64,000 bases of DNA from a virus: the IMG/VR virus record IMGVR_UViG_3300033978_000457, positions 36,126 to 100,125 of that record; one strand, given 5' to 3'. A program made the translations under genes and the position numbers. Below are positions 10,423-20,244 of this stretch, in pieces; the stretch's first letter is position 1; the number at the start of each line of letters is the position of its first letter. The notes under the pieces were generated by a model that was not told where the DNA came from, did no database searches, and saw only the letters and a list, made by a program, of their open reading frames with translations.

Positions 10423-12634
10423 TAGGCATACCTGGGATATTTAGTCCTCTGTCCATTTCGATCAATGCTTTTAGTTTTTTACAGTACTGATCAATGTGTT
10501 CGTCTTTAACTTCCGCAAGCACAGAGTCATGTACTAGAGCAAAGATGCTGGCGTCCAGTTTCTTTACTTCTATATATTCTTGCATTTCAATAGCTGCAAG
10601 AAGGTTAATGTCCGAAGAAGGAGACTGAATTAAGAAGTTAATACCAGAACGAACTTCGTGGGCAATAATGCCTTTGTTATCGCTGTTGATGTTTCTAAGA
10701 CGACGCTTACGGCCAAAGTGGCTGTAAATGAACCCGTCTGCTAGAATTCTTTCTTCTGACGTTTTTAGCCACTTCTTAAGTCGCTTAAACGTCTTGAAGT
10801 AATCGTCAATAGCTTCTTGGGCTTCTGACTTAGTGTAAATAGCTCCAGGGTCAGACTCTTGCATACCTTTAGTAACTGTAGCAGAAATCTTATTAGCGCC
10901 GGCACCATATAGAATACCGAACGAGATAGCCTTAGCAGCCTGACGTTCGCCGGGGAATAGTTTTTTTACATCTTCAACTTTACAAGGAAGATTAAACACT
11001 TTCTTAGCGATAGTAGAGTGGAAGTCCCCACCGCTGCGGAAGACGTCCATAAGCTCAGGGTCGCCGGATAGAACAGCCGCGATATACATCTCGGCTGTGG
11101 TCAAGTCCATTGATACAATCTTGTACCCTGGGCGAGCTTTGATACAGCCTTTAACCGCTGGATTATCCCGCGGCAACTGCTGCATGTTTAATTTTCCGGA
11201 GGAAGACAATCGTCCGCTTGTGGTGGAGTGTAGGTTGAAGCTTGTTCTAAGCTTGCTGTCTCTATCAAGTTCGGGGATGATTTTGTCAAGATAAGTGTTT
11301 TTAATCTTTCCCTGTTTTCGTATGGTGAGTATAAGAGCTGGTATCGGATGAGCTTCTGCGAGTTGTTCAAGGACTTCCGCATTTGTGGAATCCGCTCCAG
11401 TTCCCGTAAGAATTCCAGTTGGTTCAAGTCCGAGATAGTCAAAGAGTAATTTCCTTAATTGTTGAACAGAATTTGGGTTAAATTCGGCCGCTTGATCTCT
11501 CTCAAATTTCGCCACCTCAGGGTATGCCTTGAGCTTCTGTACCGCTTCATCAATTTCCTTTGTCATGGTCTTTTGGGCAAGCTTCAATCGCTCTATATCA
11601 AAAGGAACACCATTGTCTTGAATTTTAGTTAGGAACCTAGAGCCAGGAATGAGGATATTCTCATACATCTTCAGGAGTCTAGGATTGCGCTCAACAGCTC
11701 GACGGAACTTGTCATAGAGAAGAAACGTGACGCAAGCGTCGATGGATGCATAAGGCCACATGATATCGAAGGGGATTAGTCCGTAGTTGAAATCGCCCTT
11801 AAGGATGCCATGAGTTTTGCAGTAATCTGAAATAAACTGCCCTAGGGGTTCTTCGTAGTCCCCATAGTCTGTATATTTAAGCGCTAGCGATTTAAGGCCG
11901 TGGTTGCCAGGCTGCTCGTCTAGCGTATAATGCAGTAGCATGGTATCTTCGAAATTAGGGAAGAACCATCTAAAATGATAAGCAAACCAGCCCATATCGA
12001 ACTTGGCGTTATGAAACACAACAATCTTTGTGTTGAATATTTCGCGCAGTAGCGCATCTACTCGCTCGCTGATACAGTCTACATGAATATACGCGCCCGT
12101 GTTTGGCGCTGCCGAGATCGAAATACCGAGCACTTCCCCGTTTCGTGGGTACAGATCGCTGGTTTCAGAGTCAAGACCTATGTATTTGTAGGGCTGTTCT
12201 TTGCACCATAAAAGGTATTTGAAAGCTTCTGTCTCGTCTTGAATACCTTTAAAGTTCTCCATATTATACTTAGGAGCGGATTTACTACCGGTCACAAAAG
12301 CATTAATAGACTTTACAGAGTCTTCCCAAAGAGGTTTAGCCTCTGGCTTGAAAGCAAGCATAGAAGGGTTGATAGTAGGAATGAATTTATCATTCACTAC
12401 TTTACCAGAGTATTCTGTAACAGAACTTTTACCAGTGAAGAACTTGAATGGTTCTGACCCGATTAGGATCACCCAATCGTAGCCATCAGCGATAGAAGTT
12501 TCAATTACTACGTCCTTCTTAAGAACTTTCTTAAGGGTTGGGTCGTCAGTAAGAGATACCTTATCATAATCAAAACTAAACTGTCTATAGACAGTACTTG
12601 TAGGCTTTGTTTCTACTATTAGTACTCTGGCCAT
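10334..12634 (-). CDS. polA: family A DNA polymerase with 3'-5' exonuclease
   Basis: DSET, HNAKFD, DTML, YASIDA, SGRLSS, RQAAKAISFGILYG, VHDS. Confidence 0.97.
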   Translation of the reverse strand: MARVLIVETKPTSTVYRQFSFDYDKVSLTDDPTLKKVLKKDVVIETSIADGYDWVILIGSEPFKFFTGKSSVTEYSGKVVNDKFIPTINPSMLAFKPEAKPLWEDSVKSINAFVTGSKSAPKYNMENFKGIQDETEAFKYLLWCKEQPYKYIGLDSETSDLYPRNGEVLGISISAAPNTGAYIHVDCISERVDALLREIFNTKIVVFHNAKFDMGWFAYHFRWFFPNFEDTMLLHYTLDEQPGNHGLKSLALKYTDYGDYEEPLGQFISDYCKTHGILKGDFNYGLIPFDIMWPYASIDACVTFLLYDKFRRAVERNPRLLKMYENILIPGSRFLTKIQDNGVPFDIERLKLAQKTMTKEIDEAVQKLKAYPEVAKFERDQAAEFNPNSVQQLRKLLFDYLGLEPTGILTGTGADSTNAEVLEQLAEAHPIPALILTIRKQGKIKNTYLDKIIPELDRDSKLRTSFNLHSTTSGRLSSSGKLNMQQLPRDNPAVKGCIKARPGYKIVSMDLTTAEMYIAAVLSGDPELMDVFRSGGDFHSTIAKKVFNLPCKVEDVKKLFPGERQAAKAISFGILYGAGANKISATVTKGMQESDPGAIYTKSEAQEAIDDYFKTFKRLKKWLKTSEERILADGFIYSHFGRKRRLRNINSDNKGIIAHEVRSGINFLIQSPSSDINLLAAIEMQEYIEVKKLDASIFALVHDSVLAEVKDEHIDQYCKKLKALIEMDRGLNIPGMPIGCEFSISDDYSEGGFEEKFFGEDDKIAA

Positions 12635-13470
12635 TCTCTTGTTTTTAACTTTCTGATTTGTTCTTTTGTTAAGCTGCCGGGATCTGCACCCTCGTCGAAA
12701 TAGTTGGTTAACACTATGTTTTTAGTATTAAAACCCATTCCATCGGCTAGTGGTATTATTTTTTCTGCTGCGGCCTGCCCGGCCTCATCTCCGTCAAAAA
12801 GTACATGCAACTCATGTACTCCTAGCATTCTAAGCAGCCCAAGCTTATCCTCATTCATTGTCTGTGTACCAAATGCAGTCATAACAAAAGTTATACCGTT
12901 GTCGTACAATTTAAGCATATCAAATATGCCTTCTACTAGAACTATTGTACTAAACTTTGGTTTGTTAGTCATTGGGTACAAAGGAGCTTGTGCTCCTGGA
13001 GGATGTAGCTTATATTTTGGCTTAGCGAAAGCATCAAACGATCTTGCGGAGAAGTTTATGATTTTACCCGTAATATCGTAGATAGGGAACACTAGTCTAT
13101 TAGGGAAGTCTTCCTCGTATGTAAATGCTTTGAATCTTTTATATGTTGCAGCGGATATACCCCTATAATCATCCTCCCAGAATATTGCATCCTCTGGTAT
13201 CTGCAACCCAACTCTCTCTAGAGTTACCTGCTCGATTTTCTTTTTTAGGGTACTTCGTAGCATATCTAACTTGGATCTGTCTATTCCAAACTTAGCAAAT
13301 ATGTTGCCCCTATGTCCACAAGAAAAGCAATGAAAAATACCAGTAACCCGATCCATTCTCATGGACGGGTTACTGTCATCGTGTTCTGGGTTTAAACATT
13401 TAATAAGAAAATCCTTACCGCTAGGTATGAACGCTATCTTATGCTTTGTGAGTACGTCTTCTACATTCAT
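12619..13470 (-). CDS. DNA primase (Zn finger + TOPRIM)
   Basis: CLNPEH..CFSC, LVEGIFD, FDGDEAG. Confidence 0.93.
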   Translation of the reverse strand: MNVEDVLTKHKIAFIPSGKDFLIKCLNPEHDDSNPSMRMDRVTGIFHCFSCGHRGNIFAKFGIDRSKLDMLRSTLKKKIEQVTLERVGLQIPEDAIFWEDDYRGISAATYKRFKAFTYEEDFPNRLVFPIYDITGKIINFSARSFDAFAKPKYKLHPPGAQAPLYPMTNKPKFSTIVLVEGIFDMLKLYDNGITFVMTAFGTQTMNEDKLGLLRMLGVHELHVLFDGDEAGQAAAEKIIPLADGMGFNTKNIVLTNYFDEGADPGSLTKEQIRKLKTREWPEY

Positions 13471-13490
13471 AAGGAATTTCCATTTTTAGT

Positions 13491-13530
13491 AGTATAGCAT
13501 AAAGATTTACTGGTGTCAAGAACTATTTTT
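13491..13530 (-). promoter_or_regulatory. sigma70-type phage promoter
   Basis: AAAAATAGTTCTTGACA-N17-TATACT; the motif recurs about 18 times on the minus strand. Confidence 0.85.
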
Positions 13531-14875
13531 GCCACTTTCTATCTTCTGCTTCTTCTTTCTCTTCATCTTCCTCTTTAGCGGATACGGTGGCAGAGTCTGG
13601 GCCGATCTTAAGAGTATCCCAGTCCATGCTGGAAGTGAAGTTTGTCTCTGCATTTCTTCTGTCCTTAACACAAGTAAACGTCATAGCACAATCATCTTTC
13701 TGATGCGGGTCTAGCGTGAAGGCTGCGTCGGCCGGATCAAGAATACCCTTAGCAAATCTAGCTTCCCCAGTAGCATCTACCTGATAGGGGCAGACTACGG
13801 GTATACCAAACTTTTGAGCAATATCAGCCTTTAGAAAGTTAGCCACCTCAATCTGTTCGCCCCAATCAAAAGAACCTTTCTTAGATGGTATCTTTGAAAG
13901 CTTGATCTTATTGATGTAGTCGATAATAATTACAGCGGGTTTGATAAGAGGAACTTTACGCTCACATTCAGACCTAATTTTAGCTACAGTCATTTGAGGG
14001 TCATAAACGACTTCAAACCTTGCCTCTTTAAGAGGAAGGGTTATTAGTTTTTTATGAAATTCATCAAAAGAGATATTTAAACTGTAATGTTCTTTATAAA
14101 AATCTTCGCCCCCTTCATACCTAGAGGACCACCACTTAGCTACCCGTACAAGCTCATCTGAGGATAGAGTTCTATTACGAAGCCTATACGCGGACACATT
14201 TGCCCCGATAGAAGCAACACGTTGAATAATATCGCGCTGTTTCATCTCTATCGTAAAGTACATAGAAGATTTTTTCTCTGCCTGCATATTTGCCATGACA
14301 TTAGCGCAAACGAGAGACTTACCCGACCCTCTTCTACCGCCGATCATGATAAGATCCTCTGGCGTGTATTGGATTACGGAGTCAAATTCAGTATTTAACC
14401 CTAAAGGTATGTAACGAGATATAGTCTCTTGGGGCTCGAAAAGTTCTATCCTCTGCATAGTTTCTTGTTCTTCATCAAGATCGATCTTCTTCTCGATGCC
14501 TACAATGATATCTTGTAGTGCTTCAATAGTCTCGGTCGCACTTTCAAACGCTACGGAATTGTCTATAAGTTTCGTTACTCCCTCCAGCACTAGTCGCTGC
14601 GAGTAGTCATTTTTTAGAAACTCTAGTAGAATTGCGGCGTCGGTGTCAACTTCGACCTGCTCAACAATAGCTACTCTCTGAAGTAGCTGTTTGCTTTTTG
14701 CGTCGAACTTAAGCTCTTCGAAGGTAGGTAGTTTGTTAAACCTATCTACGAAAGAGGAAACTTTGTCATATAATGAAGAATATTCTGGAGTAAGATAGTT
14801 TTTTCTGAGAGAAGACCAAGTAGAAATATCTTGCTGGGTTAGTAGCTGCTTAAATAGAGCACTAGCAAGATCCAA
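13523..14875 (-). CDS. DnaB-like replicative helicase
   Basis: GGRRGSGKS, FTIEM, IIDYIN, PYQVD; T5 synteny. Confidence 0.9.
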   Translation of the reverse strand: MDLASALFKQLLTQQDISTWSSLRKNYLTPEYSSLYDKVSSFVDRFNKLPTFEELKFDAKSKQLLQRVAIVEQVEVDTDAAILLEFLKNDYSQRLVLEGVTKLIDNSVAFESATETIEALQDIIVGIEKKIDLDEEQETMQRIELFEPQETISRYIPLGLNTEFDSVIQYTPEDLIMIGGRRGSGKSLVCANVMANMQAEKKSSMYFTIEMKQRDIIQRVASIGANVSAYRLRNRTLSSDELVRVAKWWSSRYEGGEDFYKEHYSLNISFDEFHKKLITLPLKEARFEVVYDPQMTVAKIRSECERKVPLIKPAVIIIDYINKIKLSKIPSKKGSFDWGEQIEVANFLKADIAQKFGIPVVCPYQVDATGEARFAKGILDPADAAFTLDPHQKDDCAMTFTCVKDRRNAETNFTSSMDWDTLKIGPDSATVSAKEEDEEKEEAEDRKWQK

Positions 14876-14887
14876 AGTATTTCTCCA

Positions 14888-14921
14888 ACAAAAACGGGGT
14901 GGAAGTCGCCCTCCACCCCGC
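14888..14921 (-). terminator. intrinsic terminator after D5
   Basis: CGGGGTGGA/TCCACCCCG hairpin followed by T run. Confidence 0.8.
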
Positions 14922-14944
14922 TGTTGCTCATTAGACTAAGTTAA

Positions 14945-15667
14945 TTAGGCTTTTGCAGCAGCTTTTGCAGCTTTTGCGGCGCCCGAATAGTCCTTGGCGT
15001 CAACTCCACGACGAGTCAACATTGTCTTTACTCCACGCTCGGAACGATCAACTTTAGCAGCGATTTCCGCTACAGTCATCGAAGCGAGGTCGAGACCTTC
15101 GAAGGCATCTTCTGTTTTCGCAACGTGCTTAGACGCTGGGATTGCAGAGATTTCCTTTGTGCGAAGGAGCGAGAGCGCTTTACCGCGTACCGAAGGTACA
15201 GTACGGTTTAGCTTGGCAGCGATGTCTTCTAGGAAGGCATCAGCATTTGCCATCTTGATGAAAGTAGCTTGTTCGCTGTCGTTGAAGGTACGCTCGTAAA
15301 CCTTCTTCTCAGTTGGCTTAACAGCAGCAGTGAGTTCCATTGAAAGAACTTTACCCTGAATCTGCTTCGCGCTGAATGTGCCGTTGTCAAAAGCGGCTGC
15401 GATTTCTGCAAAGGTGTAGTCGCCGGAGTTTGCAACAAGGAACTCACGTAGAGCGTCTTCCTGTGCTTCCGAGAACGTTTTGCTAGCTACAGTTGCGGAC
15501 TTTTCGACTTCATAACCTTCTTTGCGAAGCTTTGATGCGATCGAACGTGCGCTTGTTTCCAGTTCTACAGCGGCTGCATTTACAGTTTGAATAGATACTG
15601 GTTCTTCGTTTCCTACGTAAGCTACAAGCTTCGCGAGACGGGGTTCATCCCATTTTGGTAGTGCCAT
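14945..15667 (-). CDS. D5: T5 D5-like DNA-binding protein (tandem HTH)
   Basis: Repeated IA.KL.R / SVRGKALSL HTH units; synteny. Confidence 0.88.
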   Translation of the reverse strand: MALPKWDEPRLAKLVAYVGNEEPVSIQTVNAAAVELETSARSIASKLRKEGYEVEKSATVASKTFSEAQEDALREFLVANSGDYTFAEIAAAFDNGTFSAKQIQGKVLSMELTAAVKPTEKKVYERTFNDSEQATFIKMANADAFLEDIAAKLNRTVPSVRGKALSLLRTKEISAIPASKHVAKTEDAFEGLDLASMTVAEIAAKVDRSERGVKTMLTRRGVDAKDYSGAAKAAKAAAKA

Positions 15668-16389
15668 TATATTAGTTCCTTTATATTGTTAACAATGATT
15701 GTGCCATTAGCACGTGCTTTTTCAGTTTTTGCGCTTTCAATCCCAGACTCGTTAACCAGATACTTGGTTGTTTTAGTCACGCTATCTACTGGTGTATATC
15801 CTTTTTCTAAAAGATAAACATGAGCTTCAGCTTTAGTTTTGAAAGACTTTAGTTTTCCAGTGATACATACTGTATCTCCTGTAATACTTTTCTTCTCAGC
15901 TACGAAGGAGAAAGGCAATTCTACCCATTCTTCTGTATCTAGCCAATTGAGAAGATTAGCTGCGGCTTTTGGGCCAAGGATAGAGTTTGCTAATTCTTCT
16001 GTGATTTCATTGATATGATTTATATTAGCACATATCTTATCCGAGGCTGTTTTGCCTATTAGTGGAATACCCATAGCCGGGAGAACTTGGTTTAGGCTCG
16101 CATTTTTACTTTTTTCAATATTTGCATAGAGCTTATTACCTAAGGTTTCTCCGAGAGCCAAAGTAATATCATCTATACTGAGATCATAAAGCTCAGGAAT
16201 AGAAGTGACATCTAACTTACGAATTGCTGCGGGTCCTAGCCCGATAATTTTGAGGACCTTTCCAAAGTTTTCAATTAATTTGAGTCCTTGTGCGGGGCAG
16301 GCAGCACTTCTACAATAAAGAATGAAGTTGACTGCTACAAGCTCACTACTACAAGATGGACAATGTGTTGGGGCTTCGATCTGTGTCAT
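15667..16389 (-). CDS. ligB: NAD-dependent DNA ligase subunit B (Zn finger, HhH, BRCT)
   Basis: CPSC...C...C, GLGP, IGKT, CITGKL BRCT. Confidence 0.9.
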   Translation of the reverse strand: MTQIEAPTHCPSCSSELVAVNFILYCRSAACPAQGLKLIENFGKVLKIIGLGPAAIRKLDVTSIPELYDLSIDDITLALGETLGNKLYANIEKSKNASLNQVLPAMGIPLIGKTASDKICANINHINEITEELANSILGPKAAANLLNWLDTEEWVELPFSFVAEKKSITGDTVCITGKLKSFKTKAEAHVYLLEKGYTPVDSVTKTTKYLVNESGIESAKTEKARANGTIIVNNIKELI

Positions 16390-16412
16390 ACTTATCTCTT
16401 TACTGTCCTTAT

Positions 16413-16452
16413 AGTATAATCCCGTTGAGCGTCAAAGTCAAGGAATTTTTTT
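16413..16452 (-). promoter_or_regulatory. sigma70-type phage promoter for ligB-D5
   Basis: TTGACT-N17-TATACT with A-rich upstream element. Confidence 0.8.
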
Positions 16453-16453
16453 C

Positions 16454-17122
16454 TTAACTGTGCAAAGAAGAAATATCGATACCATACAAATCTTTGATAA
16501 TTTCACCAGCCTTGATCGCGATTTCTTGATGCTCTTTTTGAGTACCGTTTGCTGAGCGAAGTTGAACAAAGTGAATCCAGCTACGAAGCGTACCGTTCAT
16601 ATAGAGCCTGCTCTTAGTATTTCCTTCTGGAAGTACAGCGCGTGCTTGCTCTTTAGCAATACCGGCTTCAATAGCCCAATTATATGCTTTTTCAGCTTCA
16701 TCATATACCCTATTTTGAGCATACTGCCATGCTGCTTGCAACGCAACGTCATCTGTTTCAATAGAGTTTTGCCTATTTTTTGTATCTTGAAGACGAGCTT
16801 CTCTAACAACATATTGCTCACCAAGTGCTGCGGGGTCAGCGTATCGCTGACTAAACTCCTGAAAGCTGAAAGACCTGTGACGTAGAATCTGACGTGCAAT
16901 GTCCCTAGTAGTTGTGATCTCCATACATACGGAAACCATCTCAAAGGGAGACCAGTGATTATTATCAATAAGATATTTAATCAGCTTAGGAGCTGTATCC
17001 ATTTTATCCTGGTTTGCAGGGTTAGATACTTTAGCACAATAGGCTACTAGATCGAGAGGTTCACTTAGTAGTAGATCCTCAGTGTCTACTGGCTGAGAAT
17101 ACGAAACTAGCTTGACCGACAA
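16454..17122 (-). CDS. thyX: flavin-dependent thymidylate synthase
   Basis: HWSPFE, RQILRHRSFSFQEFSQRY, EQARAVLP. Confidence 0.97.
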   Translation of the reverse strand: MSVKLVSYSQPVDTEDLLLSEPLDLVAYCAKVSNPANQDKMDTAPKLIKYLIDNNHWSPFEMVSVCMEITTTRDIARQILRHRSFSFQEFSQRYADPAALGEQYVVREARLQDTKNRQNSIETDDVALQAAWQYAQNRVYDEAEKAYNWAIEAGIAKEQARAVLPEGNTKSRLYMNGTLRSWIHFVQLRSANGTQKEHQEIAIKAGEIIKDLYGIDISSLHS

Positions 17123-17202
17123 ATCAGCCTCCTGTGAACATAATATAAATTTGGTAGATTAGAGCGGCCACGGCAAGTGATACGCCCATCGCTAGTATGA
17201 AT

Positions 17203-17406
17203 CTATTTCTCATTTAGCTTTTCTCTGAGTTTGCGGTTTAGTCTTTTTAACCGCTTAACTTCTTGCTCTAGCTGACCAATTTTATCAGAGTCTATAGCTT
17301 TCCAAAGACCTGAGAAAATCCCAGCCTTAATAAGGGCATCTTGTGCCTCGTCATCATACTCTACGGTAAATGAACCATTTTTTTCTAGTTTAGCTTCTAA
17401 CAACAT
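17203..17406 (-). CDS. hypothetical protein
   Basis: ORF coupled to neighbours. Confidence 0.5.
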   Translation of the reverse strand: MLLEAKLEKNGSFTVEYDDEAQDALIKAGIFSGLWKAIDSDKIGQLEQEVKRLKRLNRKLREKLNEK

Positions 17407-17746
17407 CTAAAACATCCTTAAGTATTGAAATATGAAAACACTCAGTGTGACCGCCGAAACGCTCAGGAGGATAATATCGCTCATGTGCAAATTCTCTATG
17501 AAGTGTTTGCTCCAGGTTGTAAACTTCTTCGAGAGTTCCTTTAATGATTTTTTGGACTCGATGCTCATAGGTACCAAAGCCCCCTGCGCGGGAAGAAACA
17601 GCTTTGTAGCTTTTTCCTTTGGTGATTCCGATTTTGATACACTCACGTTTTTCGTTCCTCTTATTTACGAGCACTAGAATATATAGTACTCCGGGAGATT
17701 TGGCTACATCTGGGTTATTTTTAAAGTATGTAGTACTATAAGACAT
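17390..17746 (-). CDS. GIY-YIG-related (T5orf172-like) protein
   Basis: GVLYI, KIGIT, LEQ.LH, GHTECF. Confidence 0.75.
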   Translation of the reverse strand: MSYSTTYFKNNPDVAKSPGVLYILVLVNKRNEKRECIKIGITKGKSYKAVSSRAGGFGTYEHRVQKIIKGTLEEVYNLEQTLHREFAHERYYPPERFGGHTECFHISILKDVLDVVRS

Positions 17747-17846
17747 TTATTTTTTCTTTATACAGATACCACACTTAATATCTTTTTCTCTCAGACGCTT
17801 CTTTAGCTCTTCTAGCGTATAAGTCCTATCGCTGATATTTCTACAG

Positions 17847-18809
17847 CTACACACTATCAACTCGACCTACAATTCTTGGGATGATTTCCCCGGATCGAAT
17901 AAGTTCAACTGTGCATCCGATTTCGAGTCCGAGCCCGCGTATATACTCGATGTTGTGAAGGGTTGCGCGGGATACTGTGGCGTCCCCCACCAGTACGGGT
18001 TCAAGGATGGCAACTGGGGATACCACCCCGGTTCGGCCGACCTGCCATTCAACGTCAATAAGTTTTGTTGTAACCGCAGTAGGTTTTGGTTTAAGAGCAT
18101 AAGCTGCTCGTGGATGTTTTGAAGTGTGTCCGGCAGCTGCGAATTTATCATTACTATTCTCCCTTACAACAAATCCATCTAGTGGGAATTTTTGCTCTAA
18201 CTCTGGAGCTTTTACCGTCTTAAACCCAGCAGTCCAAAGAATACCTAGTGAGTCGTAATAAGTATCTGCTAGATAAGGTTGACAATCATATGCTACTACA
18301 GTTAAGTCTCTGGTCTTAACTTCCTCTACGCTTTTAAGATTCATAGCGCCTGCAGCGTAATTACGTGCATTTTCTATGGTTTTAGGGGCCACCAACTCTG
18401 CGTTAATTTGCACAACTACTGCGGTTGTCGGGAGTTGGATAATAGCTGGCACGAGGTGCCGCAGCTTGGCTGTTACGTCCAAACCTTTAATACCATCGCC
18501 TCTGGTGAGAATTTGGTTGAGGTGGAAAGTATCTTCTCCTGGGTTGCAGTAATAACTCATACTTATGGCGGCGCCATCGAGTTTGGGGGTTTGATACGGA
18601 TCATCTAATACAGGAGCAAGAAGCTCTTCACCGTAATGAACTTTCTGTAGCGAGTACATGCGAAAAAAGTGCGGGACGCCTTTTACAGCGTCCGCACCTA
18701 CTTTATTATAGCCTGATTTCTCAGCAAGGCTGTCAAACTCCTCATCAGATATGATGGGAGTGCCAGCATAGTATGCTGCGCTTGCTTTATCGAGAAGTTC
18801 TTTAATCAT
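17847..18809 (-). CDS. ligA: NAD-dependent DNA ligase subunit A (adenylation + OB)
   Basis: YY.G...SDEEFD, KLDG, TRGDG, RNYAAG, WQVGRTG, ATLHN, GEIIP. Confidence 0.95.
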   Translation of the reverse strand: MIKELLDKASAAYYAGTPIISDEEFDSLAEKSGYNKVGADAVKGVPHFFRMYSLQKVHYGEELLAPVLDDPYQTPKLDGAAISMSYYCNPGEDTFHLNQILTRGDGIKGLDVTAKLRHLVPAIIQLPTTAVVVQINAELVAPKTIENARNYAAGAMNLKSVEEVKTRDLTVVAYDCQPYLADTYYDSLGILWTAGFKTVKAPELEQKFPLDGFVVRENSNDKFAAAGHTSKHPRAAYALKPKPTAVTTKLIDVEWQVGRTGVVSPVAILEPVLVGDATVSRATLHNIEYIRGLGLEIGCTVELIRSGEIIPRIVGRVDSV

Positions 18810-18840
18810 TTAAGTATTATGCCATAGCTGGGGTTAAAAG

Positions 18841-19383
18841 TCAAGAACTATTTTGCGGAATCCAGTCAGGGACGGGTCGACTTTTCCAAGAGAACATACT
18901 TGATTTTTCGCCTATATAATAGGCTTTGTACGCCGCAATAGAGTCGTCTTGTTTATATTGATCAGGCATAGCTGGAGTAGGCTGTGTAAAAGGTATATTA
19001 GGAATATTATCTGGAGGATAAGATAAGTAATCTACAAGTTCCCCAGATTTATGATGTTTACCATATCTATAGGTATACTCGTCCAGCAGCGCAATAAACA
19101 GCTTAGATAGCCAAATATAGTTTTCTTTGCTGGCTCTAGCCCATACTGCTGATGGGTGATTAACGTGGGTAGCCTTATAGAGAATATCTTCTCTATCGTC
19201 AGGTAGTTCCCAGTTTTTAAGTCGCCTGCCCCCTTCAGACAGTCGTATCCCCTGTACACCATCTATAACTCTATGAGCTGTAGAAAGTAGCTGAGCATAC
19301 TCTAAAATCATTTTTACACAATGTTTGTCGACATGCTCACGAGCACATTTTTCAACATCGTGACTTAGATAGAAAATGTTCAA
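18841..19383 (-). CDS. pyrimidine-dimer DNA glycosylase-like protein
   Basis: MNIFYL, DKHCVKMILEYAQLLST, YKATHVNHPS.VW. Confidence 0.8.
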   Translation of the reverse strand: MNIFYLSHDVEKCAREHVDKHCVKMILEYAQLLSTAHRVIDGVQGIRLSEGGRRLKNWELPDDREDILYKATHVNHPSAVWARASKENYIWLSKLFIALLDEYTYRYGKHHKSGELVDYLSYPPDNIPNIPFTQPTPAMPDQYKQDDSIAAYKAYYIGEKSSMFSWKSRPVPDWIPQNSS

Positions 19384-19649
19384 ACGTATAAATCCTCTAG
19401 TAATTCGCTGAAATGTTCTTTGATTGCTTGCTTACTCTCGCCTAATGATAAAATCTCTAGACAAGCTATAAATAGTTGTTTGATATTATCTAAATCTAAT
19501 GGCATAACAACACCATCTTTTCCATGGCACCAGTTTTCATCAAAATCTAAATAATATTTACGTATATGAAGGTACTCTACCCCATTAAATACATTTACTG
19601 TGACTCTCCATTGACAATCATCAGTTTGATAAATTATGCGATCATACAT
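19380..19649 (-). CDS. PC4-like ssDNA-binding protein
   Basis: VNVFNGVEYLHIRKYY...KDG. Confidence 0.8.
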   Translation of the reverse strand: MYDRIIYQTDDCQWRVTVNVFNGVEYLHIRKYYLDFDENWCHGKDGVVMPLDLDNIKQLFIACLEILSLGESKQAIKEHFSELLEDLYV

Positions 19650-19908
19650 TGTTTTTCAATACGCTTGCTAGTGGCGCTACTGATGTTACTAAATCAGCTC
19701 GCACTAGTCTATAAGAATCCGTATCCCACGCCCAGGTTAAAACAGTATTATCTGTTTCTTGGGCATGGGTACGTTTTTCTTTTATATATGGGGTACTGAA
19801 GTCTACTGTAACAACATTATATTTTAACTTATTAGACTCTTGGCCTTTATAAGTAACTATTGCGTCACCTGCTTCTTCAATTTTTCTTCTTAGTTCTTCC
19901 TTATTCAT
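19642..19908 (-). CDS. conserved T5-like hypothetical protein (WYL/Sm-like)
   Basis: GDAIVTY..KLKYNV..DF..PYI, WDTDSYR; SD upstream of ATG 19908. Confidence 0.7.
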   Translation of the reverse strand: MNKEELRRKIEEAGDAIVTYKGQESNKLKYNVVTVDFSTPYIKEKRTHAQETDNTVLTWAWDTDSYRLVRADLVTSVAPLASVLKNNV

Positions 19909-20079
19909 TATATCTCCAAGCAGTTGTGTAAGTTCTCTTACGTTACCGCCTGATACACGAAAATCCAGAAAGCTATTGTAAACAGGAGAGTAAAAATTGC
20001 TCCCCAGTTTACCCGTTTGATTGCCTTTACAATTTGAATACAAATTTCTAGTAAAAGTATCATTTTTATGCCTATTGTT

Positions 20080-20172
20080 TGGTACTTCCGGCGGGAGTCG
20101 AACCCGCATTTTGCGGCTATCTACCGCTAAACACTTTATAAGGGTGGTAGTTTACCATTAACCTACGGAAGC
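20080..20172 (-). tRNA. tRNA-Ile(UAU) with long variable arm
   Basis: GCTTCCG/CGGAAGT acceptor, CTTATAA loop, GCGG-tagatag-CCGC V-arm, TTCGA, CCA; own promoter at 20192-20230. Confidence 0.75.
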
Positions 20173-20244
20173 ATAGTATTACTATCTCAAAAGTATATTA
20201 TAATTTGAGACTTATGTCAAGAACTATTTTTAAGAACTACTTTA

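Noticed and set aside
19909-20109. N-terminal extension of ORF 19642-20109
   Set aside because: It starts inside tRNA-Ile; the SD supports the ATG at 19908
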